Below, piece after piece: positions 33,713-45,845 of a stretch of 64,000 nucleotides of DNA (position 1 is its first letter; each line of letters starts with the position of its first letter). The position numbers and the translations under genes are program-made. Source of the DNA: a virus; IMG/VR virus record IMGVR_UViG_3300023274_000046, one strand, 5' to 3'. The notes below the pieces were generated by a model that was not told where the DNA came from, searched no databases, and saw nothing but the letters and a program-made list of their open reading frames with translations.

Positions 33713-35493
33713 CTAGAGTCCGAATCTTTCTAACATATAAGATTCGGACGATGTAACACGAGAGTTTATTCACCTAACATTAGATTTTCTCTTTTTGGGA
33801 CTAAAAAAATTGCTTAATGTTCGTATTGCTTTAGAACTATAATTTCTTATGGTTAGTTCTGTTCCTCGCAAATTCTCGCGATATAGCCAGGAATTCTCCC
33901 TTCCTATCAATCTAAAATCTTGAACAATGAAGTCATCACTTCATGTACCAATATATAAACGAGAGATTGTTAAGCCCGCATACTTACTATTAAAGAGCTT
34001 TATTCAGGGTTTCGAATATCTTCATCTCTTTAGATAACCTCCTTTTATTAACTCTATTCTCTTACTATCTGTTAGAAGCTCTATATGAATCATATTTAAT
34101 AACTCATCTCTTAAACTAGAAGAAATGACTAGATTAGCCCCTTTCCTTGTTTCAGAATAAATCTTATCCTCAAACGGGTCATAAACTATACCCAGTCACT
34201 TTAATTTTGAGATTCACTTAGAGTCCCTTTTTATTCATAAGGTTTTGGTTTCAGATAACTCCATACGCTTTTCTTTATCACCTCTTATTTCAAAGGGGAC
34301 ATCACTATAAAATATAGGATCATCGGCATAGGATATACTAGATTGTTGAGTTAAAAAATCCTTAAGATTTAGTATAGACTGTACTGGGGACATTGGGAAA
34401 CCTTGGGGTAACCCTTCATCGTATCCCCAATTTAAAGGGGTCTCTTCTGGAGATATATTCTTTGAAGAACGGGGAGGGTTGAGATAAATCTCCTCAATCA
34501 TGAGGGCACTGGAGTCACATTATCCTGAACAGGGTTATACTGCAGACCTAAAAAACGCAGTTTGGATATAACCTTCGGATCCTTCCTTCCTTCAGGAAGC
34601 ACCAAACTTTTTATATTACCACCTTCTACCGGGAGGGAAAAGAAATAGAAAAGGTCCAGATATTCTAAACGTTTTAATATAAGTTCAGTATCGGAAACTA
34701 ATTTAACCTCTCGGGGAATTATAAAATTACTACGATTGATCTTTCCTATTCAAGATAACATATATTCACTTACTCCCATGGAAGATAGCACACCTGCCAC
34801 TTCCGCCGGTCTAACCGAAGGGAAAAATTGTTTTAGATCTGTTTCTAATATTCAAGGTTTATCAAAAACTTTAGTAATTAGCTCTTGTCATGCAGTTAAA
34901 CATCCGCGGCCTGGTATAAAACCATGTTGACTTGGTAAAAAATTCTCTCAGCTAAATTGGACTAGGAAATTATTTATCATATGCCCCATCATACGTCAGG
35001 GTACAGAAGGTACACCTAACGGACGCCATTTGTTTCTATCTCAGAAATATACCCGCTTAAAGTCTATACAGTGAACTATCCTATTTAATTCACTATCTGT
35101 ATCGAATGATTTAAGCAATTTTTTAAAAGATTTCACTAGAGACTTAACCTGTCCTAGTGTGAGGTCTCTAGATCAGTTAGGGTGCATTTTAATGAAAGCG
35201 CTTAATCTAAAGACTAAGGATTTTTGAAGTAAAGATCTTACTACATTTCAGTACTTCACAGGGTCTGATCTCAAACGATCCAGACGTTTCAATTGATATT
35301 TCATATATTTATTCATTTTAGTATTTTCACCCCGCGTGATCCTTTTTCAAGAGACCCTCACTTTTAGTCCATAAAGATCCTTCCACAGCTTGTCATAAGG
35401 ATTTGTAAACAACTCCATTTGATCGCAATTAGGTATTCCAGTCCAACCATATAGGTTGGGTTTTATCCTCTCCTGCGGAGCTCCGCAGGAGCT
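33713..35493 (-). pseudogene. Retroplasmid-like (Mauriceville/Varkud-type) reverse transcriptase with one frameshift near 34500
   Basis: WRPLGVP, QHGFIPGRG, ETDLKQFFPSV, GLPQGFPMSP, SYADD, LKWLGIVYD, SRLYIGTW...QDF. Confidence 0.85.
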
Positions 35494-36501
35494 CTAAGGA
35501 GCTCCCTAATTTTTTTTCTAGCCCCTTTCCTATTGGCAGGGCGTCGAAAAAAAATAAGGGAGAGAATTATTATTCTCACTATCCGGGTTCATCCCTCTAG
35601 GAAGGGTAAACAGTTTTGAATCTTTCTTTTTCATGGTTTTTTATTAATACTTTTTTTTTTAGACTCTTTTGTTTAGTGAGAGCTTCAATACTGATAAGTT
35701 CCACAACTAAGATACCACAGCAGAATATTTAAACAACTCATCCAAGAAATGATCCTGCTAAGATGTACACCCTGATTACCCAATTTGTACTAACATCCTT
35801 AGTACAAAACTCAGCGTCATAAACTCCGCCCAGTATATTCAGGATTTCCCTACATAAATTCTTTAAGTAAGATTGGTAATATTACCAGTTAGAAAGGTCC
35901 ACCATTGAATTTCCTAATAGGCTGCCCGTTAGTAGATTACCGAAAACTACTAACTATTTTCAAGTTAACTTATCTAACTATGCCAAATTAAACGTAATAC
36001 ATAAGTTGCATTACATTTTTCAAGCTCCACTTTTTATTAAAACCATCCGTGAGGTCATCACGAAAGCATATTATGCTAAAAAATTATAGAAAGTGATTGT
36101 AAACATTAAGAAGATTTAATGATTTATCTCCATCATCACTTTAGAGGTCTAATTGCATGATTTAGCTGCACCTCTGAGCCTGAATGAAAGTACTGAAAAG
36201 GAAAAGAGCAACCGTGGAGGGCCAAGATTAATTAATCTTCTACAACTCGGTTTATTTAGGATAAAGTATAATAAACCAAATTTTAAATGATTAGATTTAA
36301 GAATACTGTAGTCTATAAGATTCTTTCACTTATTATATAAGTGAAGCTAAAAAAATATATTTTTAGTTAAATAACTTATAGCTATCTCCTTTTTCCCAAT
36401 TAATAATTTCAATTATGAAAGCTGTGGGTCCTTTCCCTCAATTAGTTTCCATAGAAACTAACTACTTAAAATATATTTTTTTTATTGTATAATTATAATA
36501 A

Positions 36502-36572
36502 TTCTTATTAGTTTAATGGTAAAACAAGATATTCCTAATATCCTAATCTAAGTTCGAGTCTTAGATAAGAAG
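36502..36572 (+). tRNA. trnR: tRNA-Arg(CCT), diverged duplicate
   Basis: Cloverleaf ttcttat/ataagaa; anticodon loop ttcctaa. Confidence 0.75.
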
Positions 36573-36592
36573 CATAGATTTTATTAGAATAA

Positions 36593-36663
36593 TTCTTATT
36601 AGTTTAATGGTAGAACAAGATACTTCTAATATCTGAGTCTAAGTTCGAATCTTAGATAAGAAT
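36593..36663 (+). tRNA. trnR: tRNA-Arg(TCT)
   Basis: Cloverleaf; anticodon loop cttctaa. Confidence 0.92.
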
Positions 36664-37884
36664 CGGTATTTTTTTTAATAAATAGCTTTTAACTTAATAA
36701 TACAACTATTAAGTATTTATATATTTTTATACTTAAATTTCTAGATATATTTCTATAATAATACTCTATAATAAATATTACAGTTAGAAAGACTTTTTTA
36801 TTTGAGTTTGATGATGGCTCTGATTGAACGCTATGCAAATGCTTGACACATGCTAATCGTACGTCAATATTTAACCCATGAGGGTTCGATATATTGAAGT
36901 GGTGTACAGGTGAGTAATTGGTATTTTAGCTACCTAAGAGTAAGGCAAAATAAATCCCTTATAAGAACAATGTTTATGGTTATTAATTAAGACTAAATCT
37001 AATAAATCATACCCAGCCCAGGGCTACTATATTGTAAGATTAGATGGAAAATTAAAATAAGAACCATAAAGTATGTTTGTAAAAGAAAGAGAATTTCGCT
37101 CTTAGTTGATTATTAATAACCACCGGATAAGTATTAAGTATGGTAATATCATATTTAGCTTATGTCCGTAACCAAGACTGAGAGGTCTATTGGTCACACT
37201 GGGTCTGAAAAAACCCCAGTGCGTATAGTACAGCAGTGAGGGATTTTGGTCAATGGCCTAACGGCTGAACCAGCAACTTGCAGGAACGAGAGTTAATATA
37301 AATGAGTTATTAACTTGCTTGACTAGGTCTTATAAAGTTCTGGAAAAAGCTGATAATGACAACTTTAAATCCAGAGGTCTCGACAAAATCTTGTGCCAGC
37401 AGTCGCGGTAAGACAAGGGAGACAAGTGTTATTCATCTTAAACAGGTATATTGGGTACCTAGACGGTGTAAAAAGGCTGAAATAAGTACCTATTGCACTT
37501 GAGTTTGATATGTGAGAGGAAGATGTCAGAATTGTTGGAGTTTAGGGATGAAATCCATTGATACTAATAGGACTGATAATGGCGAAGGCAAACCTCTATG
37601 TACAGGCATTTACTTAAGAAAATAAGAACAAAAGACAACGACATAAACATTGAAAAAGTATTAAAAAGTTCTTAAGTATAGAGCTAAACTGACGTTGAGG
37701 GACGAAGGCTTAGAGAGTGAAGAGGATTAGATACCCCCGTAGCCTAGGCAGACAATGATGAGTGCCATAGGTTGGCTTATGGCTGAACTATAAATGAAAG
37801 TGGAAGCACTCCACCTCAAGAGTAATGTGGCAACGCAGGAACTGAAATCATTAGACCGTTTCTGAAACCAGTAGTGAAGTATGT

Positions 37885-40109
37885 GTTCGACGTGAGGCGG
37901 ATAATAACAATGTGGTTCGAATCCACTAAATCAGTTCTCGATTTAACACTATTTGCAGATGCATAGTTAGTAATAATATGTATTAAGTTGCAAAGACAAT
38001 GTAGCCTGTTAAATGTAATATTCATTTAAAGGAGCTAGTGTGACGTGAGATATGGGTAGCGAAAGCAAAGGCAACAATGACGTTTCGATACACTACAACT
38101 ATAAGGGTAGGAGAGGGTTTGACATACTAACCCTTTCAGAGAACCAATATAACCCTTCGGAGTAAAGTTGTCACCCTAAGTCTTACTAGGAAGTGTTATT
38201 ATTTGAACACGGTAAGCCCTTATCTAACCTAATCTTTTGTACGTTTACAATAGGAAGGAGGTGTCTTACGATAAAAAGTAGGCATAGCAAGGTGAGAGGT
38301 AAAGGAGAAGTTAAAAAGCGAATGCCAATGGTCGTAACTTCGATTGAAGTAAGTTTACGGTATTGGATAGAGTCATATTAAATAAAATTATTAAAAAAAC
38401 AGTTAGTTTTTAAGGCCCTTTTTGTACCCTCCATATGGTATTATTTAGGATACTGACCTTTAGTTAGGATACTGACCTTTAGTTAGGCTTTAATGGTAAT
38501 TCAGGGGCGGCTTTTCATGAAAGCAAGTATATGTAAGGTGCCAGCACCTCCTTATTTTTATACTCTTAAGGATACATTTTATGCAATACTAAGAGGTTGG
38601 AATCATTGGAAATTTTTCCCTATTGTGATATGCGATAGTCAAATCAGGATTGTGCCAACTAAGATTTTAATAAGGGTGGTTGAGTCACAAGTTCAGCCGA
38701 GTATCCTTAGTTATGCATTTAAATATATCTAAGGACCTTATCTTGTATAGTTGTTCGGCTACAATCCGAAAGGCGTTGTTGAGAAAGAAAAGCTCTCAAG
38801 CTGCAAGACCCGCTAATACTCAAAAGTTCTAAAAATTTTGATGGAACTATCAAGTTACCACATTGTGTGATTCTTTTCAGTGATTCATTTATATATAATA
38901 CAGAAGAAGCTACAACAATAATGATGATAAACAAATTAATTAAAACTAATAACTTAGTTATACATAATAACCGAATATATTCTAGAATGATTCAGACTTA
39001 TTTTAAACTTGTTTTAAATCCATGATACATTACCGGAATTGTGGACGGAGAGGGAAGTTTTGGAGTTTTTGTTAAAAAAGACCCCAAACGTTCGCTAGGT
39101 TACCTTATAACTTTAAGTTTTGAAATTGCTTTAGATAAAAAGGATTTAAATCTTTTAGAAGGATTGCAAGCTTATTTCGGAGTAGGGGGGATATATAAAC
39201 ATTCTGGCGATATGATGCGATATAAAGTAAGTTCTATTCAAAATATAGCAAAAGTTATTATACCACATTTTGATAAGTATCAATTGGTAACTCAAAAAAG
39301 AGTGGATTTTGATATATTCAAGCGTATAGTGTGTATTATAGCCAAAGGACCTGTTTCTAGAGAAGATTTGCAAGAAATTGTAAATTTAAAATCTTCTATG
39401 AATTTAGGTTTATCAGATTCATTAAAAGAATCTTTTCCGAATACTAAAGAGTTAGCTAGACCTCTAGTAAAGTATAATGGTATTCCAGATCCAAATTGAT
39501 TAACTGGATTTTCTGAGGCTGAAGCATGTTATTACATTAGTATTTACGATTCACCTCAATCAAAATTAGGAAAGGCAGTTCAATTGGTATACGTAGTAAC
39601 TCAGCATATTCGTGATGAGGAGTTACTGAAGGGGTTGATAGATTACTTTGGAGGATGTGGAAAATACAGTAAAAGAAAAGATGGTGGGGATTTTAAAGTA
39701 CTTTCTATTAAGGATATAACCACTAAAATAGTACCATTTTTTGATGCGTATCCTTTACAAGGGGTAAAATCTTTAAATTTTAGAGATTGAAAACTAGCAG
39801 TTGAAATAATGGAGAATAAAGGTCATTTGACTGAAGAGGGGTTAAAGAAAATACAAACTATAAAGATGAGGATGAATACAAAAAGATTTAGTTAGAAAAA
39901 AGACAAAAAGACTACTTAAATTTATTTAATATATAACTCGCACCGAAAGGTGGCTGACTTAACATGCGGTGGAATTAGCACATATTAGTGTTGCGGCGAT
40001 GGCTGCTGGGATATTATATATCCTTAGATTCTGCTTGAGCGTAGTGCGATGAAAGTTGCACGCTACGTTCTTAGAGGGGGAAAATCCGAGAGGATCTACC
40101 TATCTCAAC
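37885..40109 (+). mobile_element. Group II intron at mS952 with LAGLIDADG ORF (38921-39895)
   Basis: Starts GTTCGAC; domain V gagcgtagtgcgatgaaagttgcacgctacgttc; ends CTCAAC; ITGIVDGEG and LTGFSEAEA motifs. Confidence 0.9.
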
Positions 40110-40490
40110 TATTTAATTCGATGATCCGCGAATAACCTTACCACAATTTGAATGCTCTAAATTATTATATAGTTAATAGATGGTTAATATATATGTTTAG
40201 GTGTTACAGTATATAACCAATATATAATATACAGCTTTTAACCAATATGTAATATATATTGTTTAGGTGTTACAGTATATAACCAATATATAATAACCAT
40301 ACCTTTTTATTATATTGTTTAGACCACATGCGTTGCATGGCTGTCTTCAGTTAATGTCGTGAGATTTGGTTAGGTCCATTAAATTAACGTAAACCCTTGT
40401 TTTATTTTATTAAATAAGGCAGCTCACCGCTTACAATTGGATTGATAATAGGGACTAAGACAAGTCATCATGGCCTTAATATTGTGGGCT

Positions 40491-41843
40491 GATATGTGTT
40501 TTGGGAATACACTAAATTGGCTAAAACTATCAAACTCCGGGGACACCCTAAAACTTATGAAACCAAGCATTATTCAAAAGGATATTTGCGGCTGAACTAA
40601 TTATTCAGGTACGGTAATATATCATAAGATGAGTGAAAACGAAATGGGTTATCGCGGATCTAAATCAGATGTTAGTTTAATATCTGTAAAAGAGCAACGA
40701 GTAGACGGTAGTTGACCTCTTTTTATAAAAGCCAATCCAAAAAATATAAAAAGAAGTTTAAGGTGTACTCTAATGGGCTTTGAAAGAAGTTGCCGAAATT
40801 TCGGTCTATTTTCTAATATTATTGAAAGTAGTCAGATCAAAATCCCTACTAAGGTATTATTAAGTAAAAATTATTCTACCTTATCTATCCTAGACCCTTG
40901 ATTCTTAACAGGGTTTTCAGATGCTGAAGGTTCTTTTATAATTTCTATTTATAAAGATAATAACAGTAAATTAAAATGAAGAATTTCGGCTTATTTCTCT
41001 ATCCATATCCATAGTAAAGATGTTTCATTATTGGAGATGATACATAATACTTTTGGAGTAGGAGTTCTTCGTAAAAATAATGAGAACACTGTATTATTTA
41101 GAGTTAGTGACATACAAGAACTGCAAGTGATTATAGATCATTTTAAAAAATACCCTTTAGTTAGTGCTAAGTATTCTGATTTTTTATTATTTGAACAATG
41201 TTATAATATCATAAAAAAAAAAAGAACATTTAACTCAAAATGGGTTTAAAAGAATTATAGAATTACGTGCTTCACTAAATAAAGGTTTATCCCCTGAATT
41301 AAAAGAAGCTTTCCCTAACAACAATCCAGTTGTTAGAACAGAATATGAATTTAAAGGTATACCAGATCCTAATTGAATTTCCGGGTTTGCTACTGGAGAT
41401 TCTTCATTTAGAGTTTCTATTGAAAAAAGTTCAAGTAAAATAGGTAAAAGAGTAAGATTGTGTTTTGATACTTGTTTACACATTAGAGAGAAAGAACTTT
41501 TAAAAGGGATAGCTAATTATTTTAGTTCATATGATTCTAATCTTACTAAAGAAATGTCAATTCAATGTTCTGAAAAAAATAATACTTGTTTATTGCAATT
41601 TAGGAATAATTCAGACATAGAAAATAAAATTATACCTTTTTTTAAAGAATATTCTATAAAAGGTGTGAAAGCATTAGACTTTAATGATTGATGCAAAGTC
41701 GCTGAATTAGTAAAGAATAAAGAACATTTAACTATAGATGGTTTAAATAAAATCACAGAAATTGCAAATGGTATTAACTTAAATAGAAAATGATAAAGTT
41801 TAAGAATTTTTTTATAATTACTAGGTTAAATTTGATTTCCATG
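40491..41843 (+). mobile_element. Group I intron ~mS1224 (IC2-like) with frameshifted LAGLIDADG (~40860-41795)
   Basis: Junction gggct|atagacgtg; FLTGFSDAEG motif; frameshift at the poly-A run near 41220. Confidence 0.85.
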
Positions 41844-41864
41844 ATAGACGTGCCACATAAGCCT

Positions 41865-43273
41865 ACCTTTTGGCTTAGGACGCTAAGAAGGTGGGTGAAA
41901 CTATCAAACTCCGGGGAACTCCTAAAGATTCTGATACCAAACCACGTGCTAAAGTACGTAGGCGGATGAATTAATCACTCATGTACGGTAATAAGTCAGA
42001 ATATAATCGAAAGAGCAATGGGCAATCGCGGATCTAAGTCAATAACAGTTTTACAATCACCTACAACATACAAAACTGTTATTGTAAAAGAGCAACGAGT
42101 AGACGGTAGTTGACGTAGTAATTCTTTATTACGTTTAAGGTGTATTCTAATAAGTTTCGAGAGAAATCGAGTAGTCAATGTCCTTTCTAAGGGGCAAATT
42201 ATATTAAAACGCTGTTTTACAACCGGTATATCTAATATACCCTCATCCTTACCTACTTCTGTAGAATCTCGCGCCATTAATCCTTGATTTGTTACGGGAT
42301 TCACGGACGCGGAGGGATGTTTTATTATCCAAGTAAGAAAAAGAGGTAATTACTGATCTTGCGAGGCTAGATTTGTTATTGCTTTACATGAAAAAGATAG
42401 AATGCTACTTGAACAAATTCAAAGATATTTTGGAGGGGAAGGTAGTATTTTAAAACATGGGAAAGATAGTTGTCAATATGTAGTAGGTTCTTTAGAACAA
42501 ATCACTAAAGAAATTCTTCCTCATTTTGATAATTATCCTTTAATATCTAAGAAGTGTGCGGATTACCTTTTATTCAAAGAGGCTGTAAATATAATGTTTG
42601 CTAATAAGCAAGCCTCCTTGGATATTACAAGAGAAGAATTTATAGCAAAGATTGTAGCAATAAGAGCATCTTTAAATTTAGGTTTATCACCCGAATTGAA
42701 ATCTAGTTTCCCTAATGTAATTGCCGTGCCTCGTCCAAACGTTGAAGATATTACGATACGTGATCCTCATTGAGTAGCAGGGTTTACATCAGGTGAAGGT
42801 TGTTTTTTAATTAAGACAAGCGTAACCAAAATGACTAAGGTAGGGCACAGTGTTCAATTACTATTTCAAATAACTCAACATGAGCGTGATGAGCTATTGA
42901 TGGAAAGTCTAGTAACTTATTTTGGATGCGGTGTGTTAGTAAAGGATTCTAAAAATAATGGTACTAGAGTGTATTACCGTGTAACTAAATTTTCAGATAT
43001 TCGTGATATTATCATACCGTTATTCCAAAAATACAGCATATTAGGAGTAAAAGTTCACGATTTCGAGGATTGATGTAAAGTATGTAATATCTTAGTAACA
43101 AAGGGGCATCTAACTAAAGAAGGGTTGGATAATATATTAAAAATAAAAGCAGGAACTAATAAAGGTAGACACGAATAATACTATTATCCGTATCGAGCTG
43201 GAAAAGGATTTGTTTTTTTTACACGGGTGTAATAATGTGAATATAGTGGACCTATGATAAAATTGGCGAATTG
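41865..43273 (+). mobile_element. Group I intron ~mS1247 with LAGLIDADG ORF (~42180-43180)
   Basis: Junction ataagcct|agacaaaagg; FVTGFTDAEG and VAGFTSGEG motifs. Confidence 0.85.
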
Positions 43274-43555
43274 AGACAAAAGGATGCAATAATGCGAATT
43301 GGAGCTAATCCCCAAAATAGGATAAAGTATGGATTGTAGTCTGAAATTCGACTGCATGAAAAAGGAATTACTAGTAATCGTGAGTAATCACATCACGGTG
43401 AATTTTATCTCAGATAGGTACTAACCACTCGTCAGGCGCTGAAAGGAGTATGTGCAATAAGTTTGGTTACTGCTGTTTGTTATTCTAAAGTTAGAGGTTT
43501 AGATCTTTTGGCAGAGGATCTTCGTATGCGTGACTCTGATTGGTGTTAAGTCGAA

Positions 43556-44050
43556 AACCAAAAAGAAATTGAGACCTTCTTTTTATTTTTCTAAAAATAC
43601 CAAACTCCGGGAATACCCTAAAGCAGTTTATGCCAAATCTACATATGAAACAATTAAAGTAGATGGCCTTTCGTAATGGATAAGGGTATGGCAATAAGGT
43701 AACTGATTAGTCGAAAGATTGAATGGGCTACCGCGGATCTAAGTTGACTCTATTCTCACTATAGGATATAATCTCAAGTATGATTATGTATAGTAGATAG
43801 ATCATAAAAGAGCAACGAGCAGATGGTGTTTGTAGGTCCACTGGTTACTTATAGTGTAACCGAAAACGGAAATAATTAGTTTTTACCAAATAAATTAGTA
43901 TTGACTTTATTTCCGAAGTCTAGGTTCTGAATAGTTCCAAGGTGGAATATTAAGGTATGCTCTAAATAAAGTAAAAATACTTTGATTTACTTCGTCTCAG
44001 ACCTAAATACAAGGTAAATACTTTGTACATGGTCGAAGAAGTATTAACTG
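43556..44050 (+). mobile_element. ORF-less group I intron (IC2-like) just before rns helix 45
   Basis: Core caaactccgggaatacccta / accgcggatctaag / aaagagcaacgagcagatgg / aaggtatgctcta; removal restores aagtcgaaatacggttcg. Confidence 0.75.
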
Positions 44051-44052
44051 AT

Positions 44053-44115
44053 ACGGTTCGGGTTGGGGAACTAGCCCGGGAATAATAAAAATAAACGATA
44101 CACCCAAAAAAAAAA
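44053..44115 (+). repeat. 63-bp direct repeat, copy 1 (rns 3' end)
   Basis: acggttcgggttggggaactagcccgggaataataaaaataaacgatacacccaaaaaaaaaa is identical at 45783-45845. Confidence 0.95.
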
Positions 44116-44726
44116 TAAACCAAAAATTAAAAAAAATGCAAAAAAAAAGCCGGTGCAAGGAGCATAAATATTTCATATATTTATATGGTTCGAATCCATA
44201 AACAGGATAATGGGTAGTTTAAAGATATTATTTTACAATAATAATAATTTAGGATTGTTTGAATTTAAGGTTTATATCTTGGCTTATGATATTTATATTT
44301 TAGGTGTGCGCCGTGTAGAGGCATTGTTGTCGAGGCAAATAATTGCTTATCATTACTCGAACATGATAGTAGCAACAGAGTTAGGTCGAAGGGAAAGCCT
44401 GGAACTGAACATAGCATCTCTGTTAAAGCGGTCACAGTCAATAACCCGAATAATTGATAATAGGATTCGCGAGCTATACACTCTATGGTTAAAGTTATAC
44501 TATTTGAAGTGAATTGTCCATTGGCCTCAAATATAGGGCACTCTCATTACGGGTAAGGGAGAGTTCAGACGGAAAGATGGATGAACCTAAGCCATTTTTC
44601 TCGAGTCGATCTGACAAGATACGCAATAAGCGCATTGAAGGACGAGAAATCGCAACCTAAGGAGTGAAGACGGACAACAAATCGCAACCACGGGATTGCC
44701 GATAGATTGATTATGAAGAGCCAAGG

Positions 44727-45734
44727 TTGCATGTGAATAGCCAAGGTTACATGCGAAGAGTCAAATCAGAGGGCTTATTAAGGATCGACCCGTCTCTCGT
44801 AGGACTTTTTTTTTTCACCGCTACGCGCTACGCGCTACGCGCTACGCCTCTTTCGACCAATATAACAACACGAATCTTACTCCTACACCTGTTTACACTA
44901 CATCAGCCAATCTCGTTCTACATACCAGCATTTTGTTCCGCTAACCTTACCATTCATCTTGCACCATACCTATTTCGAACTTCAATACCCTGTCCAGCCA
45001 TGTCTTCTGTAAAATACACACACAAATACACCAACCAAAGCGTTACCGGTTCTCCTCTGATGGATGGTCGACCTCTTGTCATCCCTCGAGCGGATTCACC
45101 ATTTGGCGAAGACTTTACCTATTCAATTGAAAATCAGATTCTTGACTCATTGGAGGAGGAAACAGGTAAAGTGTTATTGAAGACCCTTTCACCGAAAACG
45201 GTTGTCGGGTATCCAGCCAACGAAATAAACCCGTGCGTCAGGGGGGATCACAACTCTCCTATCATTAAAAAAGAAGATGAGTGCATACCGTTGATTTCAT
45301 CTCGGCCACATTCACCTTCACAAACTACCCAACCGGAAAAATCGACTCCCACCAAAAGAACATCACCTCTAAAAAGATCAGGTCGTATTGCTAAAAGACG
45401 GTCCCCTACCACGACTAAGAGTTCTCTTATCAAATGGTATAGCGAGGAAGGGTATTTTCAAGTCGGATCGCGAAGAATTTCTAAAGATAAGGCTACCGAA
45501 TTTATCCTACGGGGAATCGAGGATGATAGAAGGGAAAAATTGAAAAAGAAGATTTCAGAAGCGAAGGAATTATTTACTATGGTTAAACGAGAATGTATAA
45601 AGGTTTTTCAAGAAGACGTCGATGATCTGGGGGTTAATTGGTACGATGATAAGGATATTCACCAAGAGTTGTTCGATGCAGGTATAACGATTACGCCGTA
45701 TATGCGTAATATTATATTCTATATAAAACAGTAG
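44727..45734 (+). CDS. Hypothetical protein of apparently foreign origin (335 aa; alternative start at Met 45000)
   Basis: Open in the standard code, Trp encoded by TGG, visibly GC-richer than the flanks, Ser/Pro/Thr- and basic-rich. Confidence 0.6.
   Translation: MHVNSQGYMRRVKSEGLLRIDPSLVGLFFFTATRYALRATPLSTNITTRILLLHLFTLHQPISFYIPAFCSANLTIHLAPYLFRTSIPCPAMSSVKYTHKYTNQSVTGSPLMDGRPLVIPRADSPFGEDFTYSIENQILDSLEEETGKVLLKTLSPKTVVGYPANEINPCVRGDHNSPIIKKEDECIPLISSRPHSPSQTTQPEKSTPTKRTSPLKRSGRIAKRRSPTTTKSSLIKWYSEEGYFQVGSRRISKDKATEFILRGIEDDRREKLKKKISEAKELFTMVKRECIKVFQEDVDDLGVNWYDDKDIHQELFDAGITITPYMRNIIFYIKQ
44820..44847. repeat. (GCTACGC)4 tandem repeat
   Basis: Read directly. Confidence 0.9.
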
Positions 45735-45782
45735 TATATCAGCCATTCGACCTTCCTTATCTATAAAACGTTTCTTTTTCTA

Positions 45783-45845
45783 ACGGTTCGGGTTGGGGAA
45801 CTAGCCCGGGAATAATAAAAATAAACGATACACCCAAAAAAAAAA
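45783..45845 (+). repeat. 63-bp direct repeat, copy 2 (duplicated rns 3' end)
   Basis: Identical to 44053-44115. Confidence 0.95.

Larger units (their letters stand above)
36795..44095 (+). rRNA. rns: Mitochondrial small-subunit rRNA. Exons ~36795-37884, 40110-40490, 41844-41864, 43274-43555, 44051-~44095; ends approximate
   Basis: gagtttgatgatggctctg, gtgccagcagtcgcggtaa, ggattagatacc, gttgcatggctgtc, aagtcgaa|atacggttcg (h45). Confidence 0.95.

Noticed and set aside
35500-36480. Intergenic region examined for rnpB, plasmid polymerase remnants or ORFs
   Set aside because: No long open frame or diagnostic motif was found by eye.
40150-40325. ~65-bp AT-rich tandem duplication and the ~85-bp insert at ~37605-37690 in rns considered as introns
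   Set aside because: No core motifs; they are best explained as expansions in variable rRNA helices.
44210-44512. 100-aa ORF, and a possible spliceosomal or group II intron boundary at ttttag|gtgtgcg
   Set aside because: No recognisable protein motif, branch point or domain V.
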